In this document: positions 1-14,000 of the stretch, in pieces
How the letters are laid out: each line of letters starts with the position of its first letter
How positions within the stretch are numbered: the first letter of the stretch is position 1
Origin: Hydrolagus affinis
Taxonomy: Eukaryota
Direction: 5' to 3'
DNA: 64,000 nt
Assembly: GCA_012026655.1 (NCBI GenBank)
Contig: JAAILG010000323.1
Coordinates: 1 to 64,000 of the forward strand
Program-made: the position numbers and the translations under genes
Notes under the pieces: model-generated
Seen by the model: only the letters and a program-made list of their open reading frames with translations
Told to the model about the DNA's origin: nothing
The model's database searches: none

Positions 1-4
1 TGCC

Positions 5-40
<36 letters not shown>

Positions 41-94
41 TCTCCCTCCCTACCTGTCTCTCCTGCCTCCCTCCCTTCTGCCGGCAATATCATC

Positions 95-169
95 GAAAAT
101 GCTTCTGTTTTTTTCACCAAGAAAAGGTCAGAAGTGGGGGGTGCGCCTTATACGCGGGTATTTACGATA
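95..169. mobile_element. Right end of a TcMar (Tc2/pogo-like) non-autonomous DNA transposon, cut by the window edge
   Basis: GGGTGCGCCTTATACGCGGGTATTTACG followed by TA, the reverse complement of a CCGTAAATACCCGCGTATAAGGCGCACCC-type TIR; (TGCC)n repeat at 1-70. Confidence 0.5.
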
Positions 170-1873
170 AAAGCAGCTCAACCTATGGTCCTCTCCTTCC
201 ATGTTAGCAATGAGTAATCAGCCCATCGGTTGCACATATTGGTGCAAGTGCTTTTGAAGAATAATTAACTACGAGGGAATCCATGCCGATAGTTCAACCA
301 CTGAGTTAATTCGGTAATGCAACCTTTCAGCACTTTCTATCGTCCTGCTGTTCTGTCGGCATCAAAATCAGTGCTGAGTTAATTTGTTGAACCCTGCATC
401 ATTCTCCCTGCTTTAATTCATGCCATGGCAGCCTTATGGCTTGTTGGTCACCGTATCCTTGGCGAAGGTCACTTTCACAGAAAAGAAAACTTGCAATCCC
501 ACAGACGTAACCGTTTGTTACCCGGATAAACTCCCTGTCGAAATCTGAGCACCACCAATTGGAATTGCCATGAAGCTGTGATTTTACTGCTTTGTGCTGT
601 GGGTAGTACCTTTGTGACTTCAGACGCCATATCTCTGCAAACTGGACGGATTGCAGTCAAGAGTTGACATTACAAATCTCTCAGCTGTAAAGTGATCTCA
701 TTGTATCATTAACTTCAGTGTAAACGTGTGCTTAGCAATTTTTGTAAAGAGATGCAGACATCATCTGCAGAAAAGATCCCATCATGTTGCTCAGTAACCA
801 CGAAATGCTTGCAGCTGCTTCCTTTATGACTTCATTTTGAAAAAATGAGGTTACCTCCAGGCTAATTTAGGTGGTCCCCGCGGGGGTTAGGCGAGGGATT
901 CCTTTCTCTAAGGAATTACATCTGTGCAAAATCTTACCTTTGTTTTAAAATGGGATTTGTTTGGGAGTTATTAGTTCAGTTGGAAGAATATCTCTGCGCT
1001 TATTTAATTGACCAAAAACTGATCACGTTTATTCGGCTGTGTTACAAGCCTGTCATATCAGATGAATGTTTTTAAAATAACAAACTCTCTAGAGCAGCTT
1101 ATACCCAGGTGTGTACACTCAGTGTCACTAATTTTCAGAGACAACATCTTGCTATTGTTTCTGGAGACAGAGAATTGGATTGATTATAATTCTTATTTGG
1201 AAGAATACATCTTTGTATGGGTTCAACAAGAGCTCAGCACTAATGATGAACTTGCTATAGTTTCCCCATATATTCACACCTCATTGCATTAGGGCTTATA
1301 AGAGTCTTGCTTGAAGTCTCCTCATGCATTGGTCCCTTAACTGGAAGAATACTGCTGGATGTCAACAGTGTTGAGCATGACCATTCTTACTGTGTTTTAA
1401 TCCACGTGCATAGCCGGTATAGTGCAAGGTACTCTGATGGTTAAATGGAATCGGAAATGCGAAAGCACTTCTGAATAGTTATAGCCAAAAGGCCTAATGG
1501 ACCTTGTTACACTTTTGGCACCACTTCAACATATAGTGTGTATGGAAGTAATTGTATGAATTCCATTAGGAATTATTGTGAAATTATTTCCATACATTGC
1601 TTTAAACTGTTTTGGTAATGGTGTTTTGATGAAGGATGACTAGTCTGAGGCAGTGTAAGTGCACTAATTACTCAGTGAGCAGCAGTTGTATGTGGAATGA
1701 GTGCATCTATGGTTTTGTTTTAAGTCCGTTCTAAATTGCAATAGAGCAACAAGCCAGGCACAGAGCTGCATTTGAGAGAAATACTTGTGACTTGTGAGAA
1801 ATACATGTTGACTGCGTGGTTGTTGCACCGTTTGCTAGTTTTCTCCCTCTCTATCTCTTGTTTGATTCTTCAG

Positions 1874-2017
1874 TGAGCTGCATGGGATGAGTTGGAATGG
1901 AAGAACAGGGGTCCAGGCTGCAAGACTGTCCTCCAGCCACTCTCTGATCGACGACGAAGGCATCTTCTTGAATTCTTCTAGTAGTAAACTTCTGGAACGA
2001 GCCCATGGCATCCTAAT
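1874..2017 (+). CDS. MYO9A: MYO9A exon, loop-2 insertion ([12 protein letters not shown]...[11 protein letters not shown])
   Basis: ttcttcag acceptor, gtgagt donor; phase 2-2. Confidence 0.9.
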
Positions 2018-5000
2018 GTGAGTATAGAGAGATGATGATTATTCACTAATACAAAAAGTTCCAGACACTCACTGGAAATACTCCTTCCACTGTTGTTAAC
2101 CCCTATGTATGAGCAACTCCATTTTTTGCCATAACAATGAGAAAAAAATGAACGTAACGGCTTGTGTTTTAATGCCTGTTTCCGTTTACCAGGAGGAACC
2201 GTTATTCCAAAAGCAAGCCTGCCTTACCAAAGGTAAGCACAGTCGAGCCTTAATTTTTTGTTCTGTGTGTTTTCAACACCTTGTGAGGGAAAGACTCCTT
2301 TCTGCACCTTCAGTATCACACCACGTTTCTAAGAGTTTTGTATTGATGTTGGTGCCTCTGTTTGAACTTCTAGCACTTGTTAGATGTGAGGACCCTGAAG
2401 TACATAGCAAGCGTGACGCTTCATGATCGCATCACCAAATCTCTGCTCCATTTACACAAAAAGAAGAAACCGCCCAGTATCAGTGCCCAGTTCCAGGTAA
2501 GGACAAGATAGAGTTCCACTTGTTCTCCTTTTCCTAATTATTATAATAATGCAAGCATTTGATGTAGTTTCTTATCACTTCAGAATATTTCAGACAAGCA
2601 TTTTGTGAGTGTTGTTGTTATAGCAAATGCAGCAGCAAATCTGCATCCAGCAACATCCCACACCCAGCAAAGGTGATGGATGAATTAATTAATCTACTTC
2701 GGTAAATTTGGATGAGAGAGCAATATCGGTTCGGGAATTGGGAGAAACTCCCCACTCTTTTACCCAAATAGGGCTGTCAGGTGTTTAATGTCCATAAAAG
2801 CTACCAGCGCAAGCTCTTGGAAACTCAGTTTAATATCTCTTCCAAACGATGTCACCTCTACAGGCAAGGTTACCCTTCCTCTATACTGGCTGGAGTGCCA
2901 ACACCTTCTGTGATGTTTGACCTCAGGCCAAAACTCCATACAGTGTTAAAGCATATGTGCAACACTATGAATTGCAAGGGTGTATGTGACTGTTCAACGA
3001 TGCAATACTTCCCCTGATGTTTTGTTATGCAGCAGCTACTAATTCAGGAAGTGCACTTTGAAGGTTTAAAATTTTGTGTGCCTTTTGTAGTAGTTCATCT
3101 GGGAAGTGTTAGCTTGCGTAGTGTGTAGGGGGTTCTCCTCTGCACCAAAAGGTTATTGGTTCAAGCTCCTACTGGGGAATTTGAGCTAGAGGACACGAGT
3201 ATAAAATTAACAGCTTTCAAGCCAGATATGTGGAATAGACTCAGATCAACTAGTTCATTCTGCGTTGATTAATAGCTTTGGACAGGTCCGAACTGCCTCC
3301 TCCTGTGCTGATTCTAAGAAGAGAAGTAACGGGTTATTAATTTCCATGGGAATAAATATCTAATTAGTTATGAGGCTGATTGTTATGGTTGGTACCATAG
3401 GTGCAGAAAATTGTACTTTCTGGTGATATGATGATAGTGTCTGCTGCGGGAAAGAAAGGGAACTGGTCTCTGGTGGGTACTGTAGGATGGGAGGCATTAA
3501 TTCTCGATTGTCATACATTTTGGGAAGAACCAAGAAAAACTTAGCTGAAGAGGAGGGAAAGTAGACCTGGGGAACTGGTTCAAACTAACCGAATTGTGAA
3601 TTGTTTGCACAGGAAGTGGGGCTGGGGCAATAAAAGTGTTGCATTGGCTCCATCTCCCATTTTACTCAAGAGTTTTCAGAGGGGTTTCTCTGTGCAGTTT
3701 GGTTTTTTAAGAATCGAAAGATTTGTATGTATTTCTTGTTTGAGACAGAGTAGCCTTGTTGAGTTTCTTGAATGAAATCCTTTTTCTGGCAACTGATTTT
3801 GGTCAAAAGAAACCAACCGATGTAAGAAACTGACACATTCTCTTTTTACTAAACAGGCATCGCTCAACAAGCTCATGGAGACACTTGGACAGGCAGAGCC
3901 ATACTTTGTCAAATGTATTCGATCAAATGCAGATAAGGTAACTTGCCATGTACCATTTATTTACTGCAGGCTTTGTTCTCCTCTCCCCGTCTCCTCACTT
4001 TTCTTTCCTCCCAAGATATGTTTGTATTTAGGATGCTGGGAGCCCTCCCACACTCCGCTGAAGGGGACACTCTTCATGTGTGAGTGCCAATAGACGATTT
4101 GCCCATGAAGGTATCGGAGTTTATCCTCACCCAAGTCCAACAGGCACATGACTTTGTAACCAGACGAGAATCCTTGACTAATTTTTCACTCGTTTGCTTC
4201 AGCCTTAAGGCCATTTGTGGCCCCAGCTGATGCCCAAATTGAGATAATAATAAGATAAACTAAATCAGGGTCTCTGTATGGCTGGGTTTCAAAGTTGTTG
4301 CACTGTAGTAATGTACAATTGAGCCAGTGCGTCCTATCTGGTATACTGGCGTTGAGTATGTTGTCCTCACAACTCAAGGTATTCTGTTGTTTCTGTTGTA
4401 GCTTCCGTTGCGTTTCCATGATCACCTGGTACTGAGGCAGCTGCGCTACACAGGCATGCTGGAAACTGTCAGAATCCGACAATCAGGCTACAGTATTAAA
4501 TACTCGTTCCAGGTGAGTGAATGTACTTTCAAGGCACTCAACAAAATGGAACCACTCTCCAAAGTGCTTGAAAACTTAATGCAATACAACCACTGTGCCC
4601 AAACTAATTGATTCACACAGATTTAGCATTACCTCCCCAACCCATTTATTCAAGTCAAACTAGCATAGGAATCCCGTGCCCTCACTATCCCAACATGCCA
4701 ATTTTGTTGAGAAACCAATAAATACGGTAGCTTTTAAAAGTTTCATTTCATTAAATGTTTTTTATGTCCAAGAAGGGAGATTTGTTATTGCTTCTTCATG
4801 TATTGCTGACTGTCTTGGTTCAGTAAATGGTGGAATGTTCTGTTTAAAACATTGGTGTACTGTTTACATACATGGCTGTTGATTCCTCCGCCCACGCCCC
4901 CCCACCCCCCAACCCCTACTTTCCCACATTCCTCATATCAGAATGTTCTGTGGGGGATGATGCATTTTGTAACGTGTGTCTATAAATGTTTCAGGATTTT

Positions 5001-8000
5001 GTGGACCATTTCCATGTTCTGTTGCTGCAAGGTACGGTTCCTTCCCAGTGCAGTATCCAAGAGTTTGTGAGAGAAGCTGACCTCAACCCAGACAATTATC
5101 AAGTAGGAAAAACAATGGTACGTAGGTTGGGAGATACATTGCAGGCTTTGTCATGAAATAGTTAATTTAGGATTGATAACTGAATCACTCCGTTTCTTGA
5201 TCATTATGTGAAAATATAATAGGCTACAAAAAAACAAGCAATTTTGTAGAACCCTATGTTGTAATATCTCAAACTGCTTCAGAAGTAATGACTGTATTGG
5301 TAGATATACATGGCAGCTATTGGTCCCACAATAGCTCTGAGATGAATGACCCAATTAATCTGGAACAGTATTGGGTAAGATACCAAGTAAGTCCCTTCTC
5401 TTTTCCAATAGTCACAGGATCTTCACCATCCACCTGGAAAATCTGCGAGTGACATCAGTGAATGTGATGAGTTGTTATATAAACCTGATCAGTGTAATTA
5501 CAGCTGAGTCAAGGAGGTTGCCACTTAAATGATCTAAAATCAGTTGAAGTATTCTCGTGTTTAAGAGAAATGGAAGTAAAATGCATTACGATTGTTGGTC
5601 TTTCCAATGCTTCTCCAGTCCTTTTCTCCCGACCTTGCCCTGCCGTCTTTGTACTGTCTACTGTTTGTTGCTCACTGTTTTCCTTCTACCATCGGCCTTT
5701 AGCCATTACGCCCCCAATCTCTGGATCTCTCTTCCCCCCAAATCCCTTCACCTTCAGTCCCTGTCTTCAGAAGACTCAGAAAAATCTCTCTTTAACTACA
5801 CACTTTGGTTAGTATCATCAACCTCCACCTCATCAGCTCCCTGGTCAACCATCCCCATCATTGAGTGTTGTTGAGCACGTGTTGTTGAAGTGGTGGTTGG
5901 AGCTTGCTGCGTTCTGTTATTGCGAGTGTTGTAGCATTGGTCCCTGTGCTTTATGTGCGTGCTTCCCTTAGATTTTCATGAAGGAAAGCGAGCGTCAGCA
6001 GCTGCAGAGCATGCTGCATACAGAAGTTGTGAGACGCATCGTCCTGCTTCAGAGCTGGTTCCGGGCTGTGCTCGAGAGAAAGTTGTTCCTTCAAATGAAG
6101 CGGGCAGCTGTTGTTATCCAGGTGAGAATGTGATGGAACATTTCCATTCTTCTGTTGTATGACCTTGTATGACCCTCGTCCCCCACTGTAGCTTCATTGC
6201 CCATCAGCATTGTCAAGCATTTTGAGATATGCTTCTAATGACAGATGGGGTGGGAATGGCGGAGGGGCCTAGCGATCAATAGAGGGAACCCAGGGAAGGT
6301 GAGATCAATTGTGACACCAAGAGTGGCTAACTCTACTCAACCCAGCATAGGCTAAATATAAAGAAAGGCATCACAGATATTTCATGTTTGTGGGAATTTG
6401 CCTCTAAGAAGAATTTACAAGAAGAATAAATTCTTTCTTGTCTACATACAGTTTCGCAGATCACAAATGATCTGTCCGATTTTCTTTTACGACCTTGCAG
6501 ACCCATTGGCAACGTTATAAGTTGAGGCAGAACCTCAACGAGACAAACCACACTGTCCTAAACACTGCAGCAACCAGCATTCAGGCCACATGGAAAAGCT
6601 ACCAACAGAGAAAGACATTCCTGCAGTTGCGAACCGCTGCCATCATAATACAGAGGAGCTGGCAACAGTATTGGAGAAGTCAGCAAGCAGCACTCTGCTT
6701 ACAGACAGCATGGCGGAGATACAGGGACATGCGGTCCTTCCGTGCCCTCCAGCAGATCATCGTACGATTACAAGCAGTGAGCAGAGGATTCTTAACACGG
6801 CAAAAGTAAGTGTTGCAAAAGGGCATTTCTCTGCCTTTGATTCCATTGTCATAGTTTGCTGAAGCTTGGGTGGTGCATTGTGACCAATAGAATAGATGTC
6901 TGGCTGTAGTTGCTGCTGTGGTTGGTGTGGAGCTGTGGAGTGGTTAGAGCACTTGCCTTACAAGCGTGAGACCTGTGTTCAAATCCAGACAGATCAGGGC
7001 GAAACCTTGGGCAAGTTTCCTTACTCCACATGCTTAATAATAATCCGTCCAAAACAACCCACAATAATCAAAAAAAGTTGACCATTTCAATCCACGAATG
7101 TTTGTGCGATTGGCTGCCACATTTTACACACAAATGTACAGTCAATTCACTTTACAGTATATTCTGTGAGATGTCGATAAGATGTGAAAAGTGCTGTATC
7201 AAATGCTAGGATCATTACTAATATTATTATGGATGTTGCCAACGGAGCCTTGGGGGTTGTAACGCAAGCTCCTTTAGCTGTGATGACATTTAGAACATGA
7301 TTTACAATACAGGTATCCCGCTCCAACCGCGGCCTCGCCAACCACGAAACTCTTGTATCCACGGTTTGCTAAATGTGACAACCCTCCCAAACCGCGTTTT
7401 GCGCATCCGCGATTTAAATCCGCGGGTTTAACTTTTCGAACAGCTAGCGTACAGCACTAGGACCCAGTTGCAATGTTGCAATCAACCAGCGACAACACTT
7501 CTCTCTCAGGATTCAGTTAACATACATTTATAATCGCTTCTCCGCAGCCTAGCTAGTAAGTTTGGGAGCATTGCCTTCCCCCCACTCCCCCCTTCCCCCA
7601 CCNNNNNNNNNNNNNNNNNNNNNNNNNNNNNNNNNNNNNNNNNNNNNNNNNNNNNNNNNNNNNNNNNNNNNNNNNNNNNNNNNNNNNNNNNNNNNNNNNN
7701 NNACCCCTCCTTCTCTCCCATCTTCTCCAGCCCTCCGTGTCACCCCCCCCCAGCCCTCCGTGACACCCACACACACAGCCCTCCGTGTCACCCCCCCCCC
7801 CAACCCTCCGTGTCTCTATCTCTGTGTAAGTCCGTCAGACAGCCCCCCAACCCTCCGTGTCACCCCCATCCTCTCCCAGCCCTCTGTATCTCTATCTCTG
7901 TGTAAGTCCTTCAGACTGCACCCCCAGCCCTCCTTGTCAACCACCCCCCATCCGTGTCTCTCTCTCTCACAGTCAGTCAGCCTGATTGTCTGATTGCTGC

Positions 8001-11000
8001 AGATCCTGGCAGCCAATGCCCCCAAACTTACTCCTCCTATCCCCTTGTACAGGTATGTTATAACTATGTGTTTGTTTGTGTTTAGTTTTACTACACGCAA
8101 ACTTACTCTCCGTATCTCCATGTTTCCCATAGGGCTCTGCATTTCCCAACCGCGATTTTACCTCACGGTTAGGGAGGGATACCTGTTTGTGGTTATTGCG
8201 GATCAACTAGTTTATTAATTCTGCACCTAAATACATCCCGTCTCCTCTCATTTGCTTATGTTTGCCATAAGTGGCTATTAAGCTTTCATAAGCGAATTAA
8301 ATAAATATTCGAAAAAGAAAAGTACACATCCAAACGCAGAAGGGGCAGGGAGACAGCCTGCATGATGGGGAGCTGTTACAGATGCAATGGATTGAAAAGT
8401 TCATTGATTCTGGACCATAAAAACATTTGAAAGGGAAATTAAATGGACATTTGAAGATGATTGATTTAAAGGAGTAAAATAGAGCAGAGAATTGGTATTA
8501 GAATTATTTGCTTCAGTGTAAGATCTGGCAGCAACAGAGACTTGATGGGCTGATGGGCCTTTCTCTATGTGTTGGATTTGGTTGTGGCTGACCTTGATTT
8601 TCAAGTAGTTCACTGACCTCCGGTTGAATAGAAGAATTCACTCAGACGTGAGCTCTTGAATGAGGGCTGATCAATACCTTTCAATTCCTACAGAGCTTCA
8701 GAGCTTCTGCTTTTCATTTCAGATTTCGATTGCTAATAGCAGAGAAACGTGGAGAACAGGAAAAAGAGTTGCATGGTGAGAAAAATGGAACTTTAAGCAA
8801 TCGCTCCCTGAGCCGAAACCTTCTCGAGATTACTGACCAGAACGATCCATCCACGAGTCTGAAACTTACTGAACACAAAAAGTCTTCCGCCCCTTATATA
8901 GCAAATTCTAACTACCTGAGGACTGATGTACACTTTTTGGAACGTGATCTGAATGAGATCCACCCACCCACAAAACAAAGCAGTGTTCCAGGTGATCAGA
9001 CCGAGGAATTCCGTCCTGAATGTAACAATAGCTCTGTGGATGTGCTGGGCAGCGCTTTGGACTTTGCCAATAGTTCGAGCACGGTGCAGGGTGTCCTGGT
9101 GCGGGAGAGACCCAAGTCTCTCTCCGGTGATCCAGACAAACAGAAGGTGGTTCGTGCCAAGAGGCACAGCCGGCGAATGCGGGAGTTAGAGCAGGCCATC
9201 TTCAGCCTGGAGCTGCTAAAAGTGCGATCTGGTGGCGTGTCTCCTTCGGAGGAGAGGCGCTGGTCCACAGAGCTGACAGCTGATAGTGCAAACTCCCTGT
9301 CCCCTCAGGGAACTCCAGATAGCGAGAGCTCCAGGGGCAGCTTCGAGGTTCCCAGCTGTGAAGACAGTGAGAAGAGAAAAGAGTCTGTCTCCGATGAGGC
9401 AACCTTTGATTCCGGCCTTATTGCTGCTCAGGGTATTCTGTCTTCGAGTCCCAGGCAGCATGACCATGCACTACCCACTGCTCTCACACCCAGTCAAGAC
9501 AAGGTGTCTTCTCCTTCTTCCCCGACGGATACAACCTTCTTGAGTATTATTTCCACAAGTCCCAGACTAGCCAATAATCAGTCTTCTTTTCAACAATTGA
9601 ATTCTGAAGACCGACCAACCAGTCCAAGGTCAAATGACACTTTGCCGTCTTGTCCCAGACTGGTTTGTAGCCATTCCTGTCTCCAGATGCCAAACCATTT
9701 ATCCAGCAGCTATTTGCCAAATGACTTTTTCACTACAAGCACTGACCACTTTGATGTCGCTGTTCGACCTAAGACCGGTATAGGGTTGGAGGAAGGTGAC
9801 AAAGACTTATGCCTTCAGGCCTCTCTCAGCGAATCGCCTCACAGTGAGCTGCCCGCCAAAGCGGTTGACGAGATGGGTGATAGCGTCCCCGAGATCGGTG
9901 TTCTGGAAAAGCTTGAACAGTTGAACGTGCAGCAGGCTGAGCGCCAGAAGCAGAAACAGCAACAGAATGAGAAGGAGATGATGGACCAGATCAGGCAGCA
10001 GAAGGAGATCCTGGAGAAACAGCGCAAGGTCTTTGAAAAGCAAGAGAAGGACCTTTTTGAGAGGCAGCGTGGTGAGGCGCTGCAGAAAATAGAACAGAAC
10101 AGGCAAATCGATTCTCCCCCAACTTCCCTCAGCTCTCCCAGTAGAAGAGGAAATAAATCACAGCTCTTCCCTGTACCGCCTCCAGGAAACAAGTGTGATC
10201 CAAACATGACTTCTGATCCTCTCTCGACATCTGCTATAGAGATTAAAATGCTGAGCACTCCAGAGGCTTCTGAGAATGAGGGTACTCCGGGTCAGCCCAG
10301 AGCAAAAGACAGACCGACCAGCATGTTCTTTGAACCGAAAGGTGCATTGCAGGAAAGTAACAAGTCAGATGGCTGGAGCCCTAAAATCAGCTTGGAAACT
10401 CGAGTGCCAACCACTGGTGTAGAGCGACTTCGCCAGCCAAAGGCACAGAAAGGGATAGGAGATGTAAGGGAAGAGGCAACAGATGCCACCTCCAATGAGA
10501 GGATCAATGTCCTATTCTTTCTACCCAAGACAACACTAAGCAAGTAAGTAGAGATCGGATTCTCTCATTTGGATGTGGAATTAATGGAGTTAAAGAATTT
10601 AACCTAAGATCTTCTAATGCCACCTCTTGAAGTTGCTGCAAAGTTGGGAAACGGAGTGCACATTTTTGCCAGTTATTTACCCACAAACTGTGGGACTTGG
10701 CTCCTCTCCAGTGAATGTGGGGATGAATAATCCTATGTCACCTTTCACACTCTTGATCAGAGGAAGATGTCTGGCAGGCTGTGAATGTAATGTAGAAGGA
10801 ACAAAATATGTACTGATAATGAGCTGATATAAAGGGATGATATCCTGGTATAATAGAGCAATAATGCTATCAATGAGCTCGAAGATTGTTCTGTTAGACT
10901 TTGCATTGATCTCTTAGTGACATTTCAATTCCTTTACGTCTTGTATCTTTATCTCTCAGAATTGCAGGCAAGCCAATTTATTGATGAGTAGTCATGCTTT

Positions 11001-14000
11001 ATATTTTTTTGGCATGCATTTGGCTCTCTGATTATCAAGCTCGTGAGCAATTTGGGACGGTTGGTAATATAAAGCCCCTCCGATTAATCTGTTCCAAGTT
11101 TATTATTTGCTCTTGACACAAATAGCAGAGAAAGGTCTCGTTCTTCACTTGTTAAGTCCAGTAGAGTGAGTTGCAGCCATCAGAAATAATGAATCCTTCC
11201 TTTCAACAAAAGGACGGAAAGGAAATGAGAGTGAGGGATTAATGGAAATTTACTTTTGCTTAGTGGAGTGCAATAGGTCTGTGGTGAATAGGTTCCAAAT
11301 GTTCTCAGATATCAAGATTACCATTGCTGAGGTTACCCAGACGATAATAATAATAATCCTCGCATTTGATATAGAGCTTTTTACGTCTTCTAGACATCTC
11401 AAAGCGCTTCACAGAATATACTGTAAAGTGAATTGACTGTATATTTGTGGGCAAAACGCAGCAGCGAATGGTGCACAGTAGTGTTCCACAAACAGTCGTA
11501 GATTGAAATGACCAATTTATTATTGTTTCTATTTTTTGAGGGATTATTATTAGGCATGTGGAGTAAGGAAACTTGCCCAAGATTTTGTCCTGCCTGGAAT
11601 TGAACCCAGATCGCTCGCTTGTAAGACGAGTGCTCTAACCACTGAGCTACAGGACTCCCAAGATAGCTGAAACGTGCACTGCAAGAGTATTTGAGTCGTT
11701 TTTTCTTAAAGAAATTAAATTGAGTGGTTCACGTGCTCAACCTAATAAATGCATATTCATTTTGCAAAGTATATTAAGGTAAAGCGGTGCCTCAAGCTGG
11801 CATATTGCTTCACAAGAGCTGGGTGCTCTCCCAACACCTCATTCAAATGGGACGTTCTTTACCTTGAGGCTGGGCAATGAACAGTGAGTACGTGGGGAAG
11901 GCAGGGAGCAGTACAACTGCGCCTCATCCACACACAGTTGCGGTCTTGACCACGAGTCGCTGGATAGCTCCTTTGAAATTCGCCAGCCTTGCAATTCATT
12001 GCAATGCGTTTTCATTTCACAGAATCGACAAGGATTCTACACATCTAGAAAGATGTCCTCCAATTCCTAAAGAAGAGCGAGCCCCCAAGCAGAAGATCAC
12101 GCCAATGCCTTCACTAAAAGGAACAGATGTAAGTAATTTCCCTGGCACTTTAAAGGAGATCAGTGAGTAAGGGGCACAAGGGTTATGGTAACTAGAAGAA
12201 CATGAGCAAATAGTGTACACAGTAATGGTTAGAGTGAATCTTGTAGTGGCCTGCTACCTTTGAAACTCAGCAAAGTTGCGAGAACCTGAAGCTACAGATA
12301 TGCAACACATAACAAGGAATACACTTTATTAACCTCCTGCCGTTTGTATCACGTTCCTTTTTTTTCCCCCATAAAAACATCTGTACAAGAATTGACATTC
12401 AGGAACATTAACTACCATGGTTTTCAATTGACTGCTTTTCCTTGTTATGGTCCCCTCAGTTTTTTGGGGAGTGCAGCACGTGGCTCTGGCTACACAGCAG
12501 GGCACTGGGCGTGTTCTTGAGGCTTCTTGCTGATCCAGCCAGCCCCAGGCTCTGTCTGCTGGTCGTTTGTGATTTTACTTGTGTGTTATTTGGTCAATCA
12601 GGTTGCAAGACCAGCACATAAAAAGAGAGCCCGCATGTCCCGGACCCGCTCTGATTTCTTGACTAGAGCTCCTAACGCTGAAGGGGAGGGAGAGACCGAG
12701 GAAGACGAGTGTGATGAGCCCTCCGTTGAATCCCCTCAATCCCCCGACCAACCCAGTCCCGAGCTGAGACCCAAGAACAGTGCCGGACAGGCCTGTTACA
12801 GTGACTCAGAAATGGTAAATAGAACGTGGCTGACGTGGGAGCGTCTCTTTGCTAACCCTTACTGCGGGGTAGAAAGCAATACTGACATCTAGAACTGCTT
12901 AACCTCCACTCCCTTTCAGGTTTTAGTTGGAAACGCTTTGCACATTGATACAGTCCCTTTCTCTTTAGTTTGCTTTTGTTAGTTCTCCTGCCCACCGCCC
13001 CCGTATGAGAAAAATCTCATCTCTGGCAGTTGAAGAAAGATAAATATTGTGTCCTCAGTGTCGACCTTTTGTAGGAAGCATTCCAATGCTCTACTGATTT
13101 GTGCTGGTTAGCATAGATAATCGCACTTCCTTCCGAAAGTACATCCCTATTACTTTGCCCAGCATTGATTTTAAGGATCGATAACCACTTTATAAACTAC
13201 TGGCTGTCTGTAAATAACAGCATCTCACTACACAGAAGCAAGACAGGAGCTAGTATGTTGTCTGCATTTGGCACATTGCAACTTAAAAATCATTATCGAA
13301 ATGAGGTGCCAAATCTTCTATGGGTTGTGGGAATGGATAAGATCAGAAAAGATCATCCTGATTCGTCTGACTACCATTGCTGTATTTGATGTATTAGCCC
13401 CCAATCCATTCATATCACTATCTTCATCAGTTGTTAAGTCAATTGGTTGATTGCTTTCTGGTAATAATAATTTGGTCACTTAATCCCCGACTATGCATGT
13501 GGGCCACTGCTGTGCGCAATTGACTGCCACGTTTCACCCACAAAATATATAGCCAGTTCAATTCACAATAAGTCCTGTGAAGTGCTTTGAGATGTCTCAA
13601 TGACGTGATAAGCTGTTATATCAAATGCAAGGATGATGATGATTATTATTACCTAAATCCCTCGTGAAATTTCCCGCATTAGTGCCTGCCTGAGCAGTCT
13701 GATCAATGTATTCAGTATGCGCACGGAACAGTGCTGATAGTGATGAAGTACAGGCCGCCTACAGAGCAAGACATGTACTGGGAAGAAAGCTGCAGGAGTT
13801 AATCTTTCCAAGTGACGGTTATCAAGTTTCCTTTAACTGCACTTGAGTTTCCTGTTCCGCAGCTGAGTTAAAAATTGCCAATGTCCCGCTGGCTGCAAAA
13901 CTAGAATCGAGCTTTGTAATGTAGTGGAAATATAACTTTTTTTATACGAATTGATTTTGAGATCCAGGATTGTGTTGAGCTTGACCTGGTTTCCCTGCAA

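Noticed and set aside
8793-10543. Several antisense and alternative-frame ORFs over the large exon
   Set aside because: Shadows of a GC-richer coding exon, with no recognisable motifs.
8730-10547. 605-aa ORF as a standalone gene
   Set aside because: No ATG at its start; bounded by splice sites in phase with neighbouring MYO9A exons.
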